A stretch of DNA of 62,926 bases, filler included, from Aduncisulcus paluster (Eukaryota), in NCBI GenBank assembly GCA_024181965.1. It is 6 parts of 6 records of this genome, joined end to end, with 100 filler letters (N's around TTAATTAATTAA, not from the genome) between each part and the next. Parts side by side here need not be neighbours in the genome. Positions count along the whole stretch, not along the records: positions 1 to 12,396 come from BQXS01011031.1; positions 12,497 to 30,586 come from BQXS01011033.1; 4 more parts are not named here. The stretch is one strand, 5' to 3'. Under the pieces are notes generated by a model. It made no database searches. It was not told where the DNA came from and saw only the letters and a program-made list of their open reading frames with translations. Each line of letters opens with the position of its first letter. Within the stretch, counting starts at the first letter, position 1. This document shows positions 11,215 to 21,882 of this stretch, piece by piece. Both the position numbers and the translations under genes were made by a program.

Positions 11215-12396
11215 TTAATGATAAAAAGAGTTCCCAGCATCCCCTTGGATTGGCTGATAAGCTGACGATTGAGGAATCAAAGGATCATTGGCCGCAAGAG
11301 AAGATCCAAAGGATGGAACGGTATCTGTTGGCACATATCCAGCTCTCCTCGCACGCCTCTTAGCTTTGCAAGCGAATATAATAGAGAAATTATCCAATAA
11401 CCATAGAAAACAGAAGATTCCACCAAAAACGAAGAGAGTGGTTCCATCGTTTCCAAAGCTTCCATCAAAGTCGAGGAGATAGTGGGAACAAGGATCATCC
11501 CAGGAAGTTACATGGAGTTCAAGTTGATCGGCAGGCAAGTATTGGAAAGATCCACAGTAATCACTTTCTGGATCTTGAATGAAATAACTATTTCCGCCCA
11601 CAACAGTACTCTTGCCAACAAGATTTTCAAACGAAGGAGCTTCCCTGAAAATAGGCTGGTGGTAAGATGTCGGGAAGGAAAAATCGGTAAAGGAAGGGTT
11701 GGGCTTGATAACAAGGTCGATGTATGGAGGCATTGGCCATTGATAGCATGTATAATCACCGGTGAGACCTCCATGATTACAGGAAATTTCGGAACTAGGA
11801 TCACACGTATCTTTTTTTTGGTTGGATTTCTCATATTTGGATAAACTTCGATGGCATATTTATACGAATAAATATCTTGAGAACGCGTATTCGTGAATTT
11901 GAGATCGAAATCGGCCGATAATTTCGGAGGATTGCTCACATAAGGACTGGATGTTGTGAAAACAGTTGTTAGATACTTGTGAGGAACGTCATAATAGTCA
12001 ATATGCTTTAGAGCTTCCACGTCTTTGGATCTGAGCGAAGATTTACAGGAACCAGTAGCGACAGTAAAATCATCATATTGAACTTCATAATTACCCGCAG
12101 TAGCTGAAGTATCGTCAGTTAAAACAGCGGACAAATAGGTCGCCGATTCTTTGAGATCAGAATCGCTAACTTGTTGAGAATTATCAATTATGTCTGCAAA
12201 CTGATAAACGTTGCTCCAATACTCGTCGTTATGAGAAAAGCCACTGGCTTTGTATGGCATACACAAGACAAAGAGTTGCACAAGTTGCAGTTACAAGCCA
12301 CACAATAATAATCGTGATAAAAGAGCAGCAAATACGACGCTTTGTTTTTGACGCAGATATTTGAGCTGCTGGTGCATTTTGGACGGTACTTGGACT
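11215..12396 (-). CDS. Hypothetical two-TM membrane protein, 5' partial, with two apparent frameshifts
   Basis: The frame open from the contig end encodes a TM (FITIIIVWLVTATCATLCLVYAI) and shifts near 12235 into ORF 11508..12281. It shifts again at the 8-nt homopolymer ~11812-11819 into the frame KDTCDPSSEISCNHGG..MPPYID.., which has a C-terminal TM and stops at 11215. Confidence 0.6.
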
Positions 12397-12496
12397 NNNN
12401 NNNNNNNNNNNNNNNNNNNNNNNNNNNNNNNNNNNNNNNNTTAATTAATTAANNNNNNNNNNNNNNNNNNNNNNNNNNNNNNNNNNNNNNNNNNNN
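12397..12496. other. Artificial contig-joining spacer
   Basis: N44-TTAATTAATTAA-N44; stops in all six frames. Confidence 0.98.
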
Positions 12497-13253
12497 CCTT
12501 CTTAAATGATAATAATGATGATATTATTGGCGATAAAATATCAATATATGTTTCAAATATCGACTTTAAAATTATATTTTATATTCTTTGTGGGTCTAAG
12601 TAGCGATTTGAGGAATCCAATCGTAGATCAAAAGAATACAATTAATATAATGGTCATAAAATTATTTACATTTGATATAAAAAACTTATCCTCATTCTTA
12701 TTGGGAAAAAACAATCTAATTCCATCCAATATAGACATTCTGAATTTGTGTTGAACTGAAAATAATTGAAATTGAATTGAAAAAGTTATTCAAATTTAAC
12801 AACGATTGGAAGTTGTATAAAATAATTATATTAATGTTTCCAATACCACCTGCAAAAGAGCCTTTTTGAATTTCAAAGTTTGACTCATTAATCAGCACTC
12901 CAATCCTCACATGAATGTCATCAAATTCATATATTTCTCACCAATAGACAAATCTCTTTTCTCCAGATGTGTTGTCGTTTGACACCCTATTCCAAACGTC
13001 GGGAAAAAAAAATTGTGTTATTCGAAGCCTTCAAATTAACTCGAAATCCAGATATATATGATTGTAGAAATTAGTAGTTCCAAACCTCTCTTTAATATTC
13101 ATCATCGTGTCAATTTTTTTGATCAATGATCATAATGTCAAGCCTTGACACTATTTTTTGATAATTTGAGGCCACAATCGTTCGTCTCCATCCATCATTT
13201 TCCAATCGTGTCATTTTTTATTGTCGATCCAGGACAGGTTTGTTCCAATTAAC

Positions 13254-13406
13254 ATGAAGATAGTTCACGTTCCAACTCCTTGTAAATTTGTCGAGGCCAT
13301 GGAAGAGGCAAAGAAGACATATAAACTTGTTTTCGCCCTATTTACTGGAGAAAAGGCTGCTGATGGTTCGTCATGGTGCCCCGATTGTGTAAGATGTCAT
13401 ATATAA
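13254..13406 (+). pseudogene. TXNDC17: Thioredoxin-related protein 14 (TXNDC17/DUF953) N-terminal half only
   Basis: VFALFTGEKAADGSSWCPDCV is the TRP14 signature. The frame stops a few codons after the active site and no C-terminal half is visible nearby. Confidence 0.7.
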
Positions 13407-13441
13407 GCAAGCTAATAAATTTGATCACTCATCCCTTCCAC

Positions 13442-13475
13442 ACATGAAAGACATGACAACATGAAAGACATGACA
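13442..13475. repeat. 17-nt tandem repeat x2
   Basis: ACATGAAAGACATGACA twice. Confidence 0.9.
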
Positions 13476-13878
13476 ACAAGATCAGTGACGTGACGACTTA
13501 CTTCTTTGTTTTAACATAGAAAAGAAAAGGATCTCAGGCAAAAGGGTGTTAAGAGTAAGTAATGGATATTTAATCGTATATAATTATTTACAGTTCAACT
13601 GTGTGATGACACTCAGCTTTTTTTTGTGAGGACGAGAAGGATTTTGGTTATATTCTGGAATATATAAACCAATAAATAATTTATGATATAATATAATATA
13701 CATGGATATTTTTGCTGATATAATTCAAGAAAATCAATATTAAAGCTTATAACGAGATATTATATGATCAAGTAGAAGGAAATCTCGTGGATAAATAAAT
13801 AAACTTTATATTAATAATATATAATTTGTACAGAAGATCAAATAAAGCAAATATATTGATATAATTATATGAACAATG

Positions 13879-14576
13879 TTATTTCTTTTTCTTTTTCTTT
13901 TTAGGTTTCTTTTTCTTGGCCTTTTTCTTGAGTTCAGCAACTTGAAGAAGTCGGGCATCATACGCCTTTTCCCAATCATATTTGGCCGGAGATCCGAGCA
14001 AATCTTTTAATTCTTCGCTTCTTAATAGCTGTTTTGCCCACTGAGCGGCAGTTTTACCTTGAGAATCAACGGCTTCATGAGAAACTCTGTTTCCCATACA
14101 TATAGCACGAATTATATCGATATGGCTGTATCTAACTGCAACATGGAGTGCAGTTTGTCCAAGACCATCGGGAATACCACAATCCGCCCCTTGTTCAACA
14201 AGCCAAAATACCAAATCATCATGTCCATTCCTGAGAGCTTCATGAAGAGGAGTACTTCCATCAGGACCAAGCACATCAAGAGGTGAACCAAAAGAAAATA
14301 ACAATTCGGTCATCATTAAATCTCCAAAACGCGAAGCTATCTAAAAACATACAAAATTCTGTTAAATTATTCAAAAGTGTGAAAAATAAAGAATAATTCC
14401 AATGATGAACATACTATAATGGGATGATCTGAAGGATATGTCCAAGGATGTAAGATTCCTTCACCTTCATGCAGTAACATCTGCTCGACATTGTCACAAT
14501 CTCCACTGCTAACAAAAGAAAGAAATAAGCTATATAATGTCCTTTTAACTTCTGGAGGATCCTTAAAGTATTGCAT
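13879..14576 (-). CDS. Ankyrin-repeat protein with poly-Lys tail (2 exons)
   Basis: Splicing joins DHPII|IASRFGD. GSTPLHEA, GQTALHVA and GKTAAQWA ankyrin motifs. Start MQYF at 14576, alternative 14615. Confidence 0.85.
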
Positions 14577-15051
14577 TTTGGACCCGTATTTTGTTCTTTT
14601 GGGACAAAATTTCATTTTCTGGAATANNNNNNNNNNNNNNNNNNNNTGTCCATTCCTGAGAGCTTCATGAAGAGGAGTACTTCCATCAGGACCAAGCACA
14701 TCAAGAGGTGAACCAAAAGAAAATAACAATGCGGTCATCATTAAATCTCCAAAACGCGAAGCTATCTAAAAACATACAAAATTCTGTTAAATTATTCAAA
14801 AGTGTGAAAAATAAAGAATAATTCCAATGATGAACATACTATAATGGGATGATCTGAAGGATATGTCCAAGGATGTAAGATTCCTTCACCTTCATGCAGT
14901 AACATCTGCTCGACATTGTCACAATCTCCACTGCTAACAAAAGAAAGAAATAAGCTATATAATGTCCTTTTAACTTCTGGAGGATCCTTAAAGTATTGCA
15001 TTTTGGACCCGTATTTTGTTCTTTTGGGACAAAATTTCATTTTCTGGAATA
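14222..15051. repeat. Gap-flanking duplication (14222-14626 = 14647-15051), likely unmerged overlap
   Basis: Near-identical copies either side of N20 at 14627-14646; one substitution seen (MMTELL vs MMTALL). Confidence 0.9.
14341..14414 (-). other. Spliceosomal intron, 74 nt, phase 0
   Basis: GTATGT...TTTTTAG; removal restores the first ankyrin repeat. Repeated at 14766..14839 in the duplicate copy. Confidence 0.9.
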
Positions 15052-15201
15052 TTCGCGAGCATGATCTTCTATTGAAGTTGAAATATTGTTATTAAAAAGA
15101 GTTTATCCTTTACTTGACAATTTATCATAAACCAAATATTAATGATAAGTAGGACCTTCTTCAAAATCAAAATCGCTCCTTTCTGCGCTAGCGTTTTCAA
15201 A

Positions 15202-16457
15202 ATGGTATGAACAATCAATTTTTATTTATCCAGTTTTCTTTAACGTGATATTCATCTGAATTTTTGATTTTCCCACCCATCTAGTCTTCATCTCCAAGAA
15301 AAGACACCCAAGCCACACCTTCAACATTATCAAAAACTCCAACGAGAGAAAGTCCATCAGGAACCCCAGGATCTGTTAGATTGACCCCTACCGTTGACTT
15401 AACCAAAACCTCATCACGCCAGAGATTCATTTCGAAGCATCTTCCTACAGATTTGCGTGAAAAATATGAAAAAAAGCCGGATGATGTCATTGCTTCCTTG
15501 TTACAATCAATTGAGAAACTTAAATCCGCTAATGCTGTCCTCACTCGTCGTATCCGTAAACTTGATGGTCGGAAAGACATGGAGTCGGAACTTGCCTTTA
15601 GTTTGCAGCAATTGAAGGAAGCCCGTGAAGCCGCCAAAATGTGGAAGCTTGAGTGCGACTCAGCTCGAAGCCAAGTCGTTGATCTTCAAAAGGTTGATAA
15701 GATTAGTGGCTTTACTCGTCTTGAGGCTCTTGAACGTCAGTGTGAGGGTCTTCGTCGAATGGACACCCAAACAAAGCAAGAACTGAGGAAAACTCAGCAG
15801 GAATTGAGGCGTTACACTGAAAGAGAGGCCCAGACTCGTTTGTTGCTTGGACATACCTATGGAAAGTTCAAGGCATGGGCTCTTAAATGTGAAGAGGAAG
15901 GATTGACTTCCGAGGACCCTAACCCAGGTGTCTTGAGCAGCGTTGTTGAGTATTTCCAAGGGATTGTTCGTAGTGGTAATAGATCCAAGAAAAATGAGAA
16001 ACTTTTGCGCACTAAATATGATCAGACGGTCAAGGAACTCCAAGAAACAAAAGATAAGCTTGCTACGTTTGAGAAACTCCACAAACAGCATAAACAGACA
16101 GAGAAACAGAATGCTATGAAATATCAGAAAGATATCGAAGCCATGAGCGTGAGAATGGCAGAATTAGAAGAGAGTAACAGTGATCTTCGTCTGGTTGCCT
16201 CTTGTCTTGAGCATGAAGGAAGAGCTGCACGTCGAACAAGTAAGCTGAGAGAAAGAGAACTGATTGGTCAAGTTAAAGGTGCTCGTGAGCTTGCATCAAG
16301 TGCCGTATTCAACCATGACAAGGCCGAGAGAAGTCTTCTCCGTGCTCATGCTGAACTCCACCGAATTTCTGGAGATGTTGATTCTGACGAGCGTCATCAT
16401 TCTCCTCAGCCATCCGCCGGTGTGAATGAAATTCCTTTGACTCCAATCCCAAAATAG
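15202..16457 (+). CDS. Coiled-coil protein (2 exons; first coding exon is only the ATG)
   Basis: ATG 15202-15204, then intron, then in-frame SSSPRKDTQATP.. continuing into ORF 15381..16457; heptad-rich. Confidence 0.8.
15205..15284 (+). other. Spliceosomal intron, 80 nt, immediately after the start codon
   Basis: GTATGA...CATCTAG; supplies the missing ATG in frame. Confidence 0.8.
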
Positions 16458-16839
16458 AAATGCCCAAAAATATATATTATGTTTCATTCATCCACTTTAT
16501 TTGGATGAATGACGAACTTCGTTCTTGAAGAAGTGGTATTCTTTCGAGAAATGATTCAAAGTTTTGTATCTCCTCTCTAGACAATCTAATTTAATAAAAT
16601 AATAAATTAAATTCAATAAAATAATAAATTAAATGGTCAAAATGGATGACATTCATCATGAATGATATGATCATACAAAATTTCAGAACAAACCACATTT
16701 TCCTTTTGTTTATAACAAATTGTATGTTTATTATATGTCATATCTTTTATTAGATGTATATTAAGAAATATTTTAACCGGATTCATTCATTATTCTGCTC
16801 GTATTTATTTTTTAGGTAAGAAATTCTATCTCTATTCAA

Positions 16840-18236
16840 ATGAGTTCATCCACAGATGCTGTTATTCAAACTGTGGAACCTAAGTTTGTTCTTGAAGGAA
16901 ATTACTCTTGCTGTCCAATTCCTGGAGATGCCCCCAATATTAAGAGTGCAGAGTTTCCAACTATCAAAGCAATATGGGGGGAAAGTTATAGGTACGATCA
17001 GAGTTTTGAAGCACAAGAGATGGTGAAAGGAGAGTGTAATACTGGACAATATACGCATATCTCCATTCCTTTCTCTTCATCTTCCCCAATGAAAGGGGCT
17101 TATATCTGTCTAATTGGTGCGTCTTCTTCATATGGGACGACATCTCCATCACATCTTATCTTCACTCTCACATCTTCAAAGGGTGATAAAACATCCAAGA
17201 AATACGAGTTTCCTGAATTTAAAGGTCGTCATTGGTACTTCCTTCCTGTTGATCTCCCTGATGTTGTTCTGTGTGAGATTACAGGGAAAGGAAGAGAGAA
17301 AGAGTATTTTGATATCCAATCCCTCGTTTTCATTAGTAGAGAAGAAACTCCTGAAGAAATCACATCTCGTGAAGCCAGAGAGAAACTATGGTCTGAAGCC
17401 CCAGTTGTGAAGGCAGAGTTTGTTAAGGAAGGATGGAGAGATTCTATTCCCATTCCACGAGATGATCCAAAGCTTGTAGATCCTTCATTCTCAATGGTTA
17501 AGTGCAAGGATGATTCGGTGAGTAAGGAATCTGAGTATTATGATCAGAGTTCAGATGCGCAAAAAATGTTAAAAGGGGAAGATAGTGTTGAATTATCCCA
17601 TCTTTCCATTCCTTTCCCATCACCTAGTNNNNNNNNNNNNNNNNNNNNGAAACTCCTGAAGAAATCACATCTCGTGAAGCCAGAGAGAAACTATGGTCTG
17701 GAGCCCCAGTTGTGAAGGCAGAGTTTGTTAAGGAAGGATGGAGAGATTCTATTCCCATTCCACGAGATGATCCAAAGCTTGTAGATCCTTCATTCTCAAT
17801 GGTTAAGTGCAAGGATGATTCGGTGAGTAAGGAATCTGAGTATTATGATCAGAGTTCAGATGCGCAAAAAATGTTAAAAGGGGAAGATAGTGTTGAATTA
17901 TCCCATCTTTCCATTCCTTTCCCATCACCTAGTTCTATGAAAGGTGCTTATATCTGTGTGGATGATTTTAATAGTTCACCCTCTCTTCTCTTCATTTTCA
18001 CTGATTGTGATGGTAAGAAGACATCCAAGAAGTATGAATTCACAGAACCTGAACATAAATATGAATGGCACTTCCTTCCTATTGATTTGGATAATGTTGT
18101 ATTGTGTGAGATTGAAGGGAAAGGAAGGTGGAAAGAGAAGAATAGTCGGTATATCAACATCATTTCCCTTGTTTTTACTACCTTTCCAGAAGAAACCATT
18201 GCAGCCGAACGATTATCTTTACTTCCATGGAAATAG
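16840..18236 (+). CDS. Two-repeat hypothetical protein of a lineage-specific family (~363 aa after removing the duplicated overlap)
   Basis: Two homologous domains, each with PIP..P, HxSIPF..S.MKGAYIC, KTSKKYEF, W.FLP.DL..VVLCEI.GKG and SLVF. 17344-17628 is repeated as 17649-17933 across N20. Resembles a family recalled from Aduncisulcus. Confidence 0.8.
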
Positions 18237-18419
18237 TTATTCCAAAGAGAGTGCGATTGGAAAAAGAAGGATAGTTTCAGAATGAAGTACAATCATTGTA
18301 ACAGATGATCTGTTGCCATCAGACTGATGGAGACGTTCAAACAACAACAAATCGGTCGAGTCCTCTTAATTTATATCATCTGATCCAAGGGTCTTCGAAT
18401 ACAATGGGTTTTTCAGGTT

Positions 18420-18587
18420 GAGAATCTCAACATAGGACAAATCGAGGCAGCGCATCGTGTCGTCCACACCGAAACAGTACTTCCCGCTGTCTGTGGCAAT
18501 CTCTTCAAAGAAGGACGCAATCAACTTCTTCTCTTGCGTGGACTTCACATCCTTGAGAACATCCTCACTCAGCTGGATGGCCTGGTT
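18420..18587 (-). pseudogene. eRF1: Isolated fragment of eukaryotic release factor 1 (M/C domain junction)
   Basis: [56 protein letters not shown] aligns by eye to eRF1 NQAIELS..L.NVKFIQEKKLI..YFDEISQDTGKYCFGVEDT..ALE.GAVEIL. No NIKS or GGQ region. Confidence 0.85.
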
Positions 18588-18975
18588 GACTATACATGAG
18601 CCCTTCACATTACATTGACTATCCGGACCTATGAAATGGTGGACGGCATTCTCTTGCAACTTTACGGACATAATTATGACGACCTTCCTCTCTCAAACGA
18701 GCGAATATACCATATACTATATGGCATATAGTACACCGTACTATGTTCAGTTCGGATGCATTTAAAAGAGAAAGGGAGATAGTAAAAAGACAGAAATAAA
18801 AAAAGAGAAGAAAGGCATTGACGAGCTTGTAAAATATTGGTTTTATTCTTTTAAAAAGAATCTTTTTATTAAAAAGTTTTTATAAGGTAACACCACCAGA
18901 GATTCCGGATGATTCCAGATTCATTGGAGTCTCATATCCACACCTTCATTGAATTCCAAACAGACATGACCGAGG

Positions 18976-20406
18976 TTAAAGATCATGTCTACATTTGATA
19001 TCATCTCGTCCATTTCCTTGATTCAACACTCTTTTTCTTAAGCGTTGAGTCAAGGAAACAAGCATCTGAATTGATTTGACTTTGTTTTGTTCACGTAATG
19101 CAGCTTTTCCTCGACTTTGGGCTTTCCTAAGCTCCGAGCTCTTTTCCCTTAGTGATCCTGCCCTGACATCATCAATCAGTTGAACATCATGCGATTCACC
19201 TCCCTTGTACACTTGTGATACTCTCGTTGAGTCAGGATGTTTGAATGATCGAGATATCCCACCCATGACATGAGATCGGTCATGAGTTGTTGAGACAAAC
19301 GATAAATTATGTCTTGGATCTTCTTCCATTTTAATAGAATAAATACGATCACTGGTGACATTCATCTGAGAACTTCGGGAAGGAAGGGATTCACTATCAA
19401 CTCCAATTCGACCAGAACGAATATTAAGAGCCTTCGTAGGTCTCACAGTGCCAACAACAACATCCTGCGATACATGTTTGGAGGAAGAAACGTCAAAATA
19501 TGCGGGGATCTTGGAATCGGATTCAAAGGCCAACAGTTTTTCAAAAGACAAATACGAAATTCCAGTTCGAGAAGACCAAGCTTCGAGCGATTTCTTTAAT
19601 TCTTCTGATTGAGCAGTTTCTTCCCGTTTTTTCTTATTTTCTTCCCATTGTTGAGCACCAATTCTGCCTCGAATACTTGCTTTTTTTCTAGTTTTTAATA
19701 AACCATCATGCTTTCTCTTTTCTTTAATTTTACACCTTTTAAACTTAGAGTGCTCTTTATCAAGAGCAATTGAACCAAGGAGGAGATGGTTCCGATCTCT
19801 CTTTTGTCGAAGAGCTTCATCCTCTTTTTTCCTCTTACTATTTCGTATTTTTCTTAATTTCATTTCATGTTTATGTTTTTTTTGCATCTTTTCACGCTGT
19901 AGTCTCTCTTTTTCGGCACGTTCACAATCTCGGTCCACTTCATTTCTACGTTGTATTTCTCGTTCGAGTTTGACAAGTTTTGCAAAAATATCAGCCAATT
20001 CTCTCGAAACTCTTGCATTTAGTCTTTCTANNNNNNNNNNNNNNNNNNNNTCTTTTCTTTAATTTTACACCTTTTAAACTTAGAGTGCTCTTTATCAAGA
20101 GCAATTGAACCAAGGAGGAGATGGTTCCGATCTCTCTTTTGTCGAAGAGCTTCATCCTCTTTTTTCCTCTTACTATTTCGTATTTTTCTTAATTTCATTT
20201 CATGTTTATGTTTTTTTTTGCATCTTTTCACGCTGTAGTCTCTCTTTTTCGGCACGTTCACAATCTCGGTCCACTTCATTTCTACGTTGTATTTCTCGTT
20301 CGAGTTTGACAAGTTTTGCAAAAATATCAGCCAATTCTCTCGAAACTCTTGCATTTAGTCTTTCTAACTTTGCTGCACGTTTCCATACTATAGTTTTTTG
20401 GTTCAT
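18976..20406 (-). CDS. Basic coiled-coil hypothetical protein (spans gap duplication)
   Basis: Start MNQKTIVWKR at 20406. 19716-20030 is repeated as 20051-20366; the second copy has an extra T in a homopolymer. Confidence 0.7.
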
Positions 20407-20970
20407 CCGTAACAAGCAATAATTATTTATATTAGTGTAATAAATCCTTGTTAAAACGAAATAATTTATATATTTTTCCAATTATTATTCTTTATAGTAT
20501 CTGTAGGCACAGAAAAGCGCCAATAAAAAAAAATAGATCAAAGACTCCGAGTCCATCATAACAAGATGATAGATAATCATATAACAAATGGTTGGAAATA
20601 GAAGGCGCATATATATACATATATAGGAACTCCATCTTGCGAGTGATGAGAAATGGTGTGGTTTTTAACTTCCCGGTTAACTTGGATTCTGAGGTTTCTG
20701 GATTTTATTTTTGTGTGCTTTTTTGCTTATATTATATTTTATTTCATTTTTAACCGGTCTTGTCGCTTTTGAATAAACTATAACACCTTACATTGATTGA
20801 ATTCTGTTTTTGTCACATATCTCTGCACATTATTGCATGGTATGGATTTAGATGTTTAGAAAGATGATGAAACATATTATTTTGTGCGCAAAAGTTGTGG
20901 CCCTAGACTCTCTAAACCAGTTGCACCTTCTGTCAAACTCCGAGTTTCAAACTATCTACAAGTTGTAGAT

Positions 20971-21021
20971 AGTACAGTAGTACAGTATAGTATAGTACAG
21001 TACAGTATAGTACAGTATAGT
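20971..21021. repeat. (AGTAY)n pentanucleotide tract
   Basis: Alternating AGTAC/AGTAT units. Confidence 0.85.
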
Positions 21022-21490
21022 CTCTATGGTAGAGAGTTTGTTCAAAACTTCAAAATTCCCTTTCTATTCATCGAAGCAACGTGAGCAATTAGTGAATTGG
21101 GTTATTATTATCTGTACTGTACTATATCAGTGTTCTATATACTTTACTAACTCAACAAAAATCTTTTAAAGATAAGATGATAGTAACATTACTAGTAATA
21201 CTAATAGTAACAGCCAAATCGAGAGACATTAATAATTCTAAAGATTTTTCTCAAAAGTTTCATCACAAATTCTTAAAAGGAAGTATTGTCGATTAACTCT
21301 GAACAAAACAAAACAAACCTCAAGATCACATCTTTAAGGAAATCCACAGTAAAAAAAAAAAAAAAATGATATTAATTGTGCATTCTTGTCAAGAATAGAA
21401 CATAAATCATTACTCAAAAATGAATGATATTGAAAGAAAACAAAACACAATAGTCTTTGAGTTAGTTGTCAATCCGAACTAACTTAATAA

Positions 21491-21609
21491 TAGATATAAA
21501 TAGATATAAATAGATATAAATAGATCGGATTGATAACCAATATAGATTGTTTGAATAGATATTGTGTTTGCAATGAACATCATCAATATATATATATATA
21601 TATATATAT
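21491..21609. repeat. TAGATATAAA x3 and (AT)n microsatellite
   Basis: Direct reading: 21491-21520 and ~21587-21609. Confidence 0.85.
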
Positions 21610-21882
21610 CAGCATCAAAATATCAGCATCAAAATTTCCAATGAATATAGGATTAGATTAGTTGAACGCATCTGATCTAATCTGTTCTGATCCATGAGCT
21701 CCATGATTTGTATGATAATGCAATATTCATAAATTAATATTTATATGAATATTAATGCATCACTGAAGAGAATAATAATAATTATAGAATATTATATACT
21801 TGTATATAATATCTAATAACATAATTTTTAGACTTTAGAATTTAATAATGAATAAAATATATTATATATTATATATTATATA

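Noticed and set aside
12716-12990. Possible coding relic on the minus strand
   Set aside because: Short, interrupted, and no recognisable family.
15106-15117. TCCTTTACTTGA, resembling the Giardia ncRNA/trans-intron 3' processing motif
   Set aside because: Imperfect single match in a short divergent promoter region with no associated RNA or intron half.
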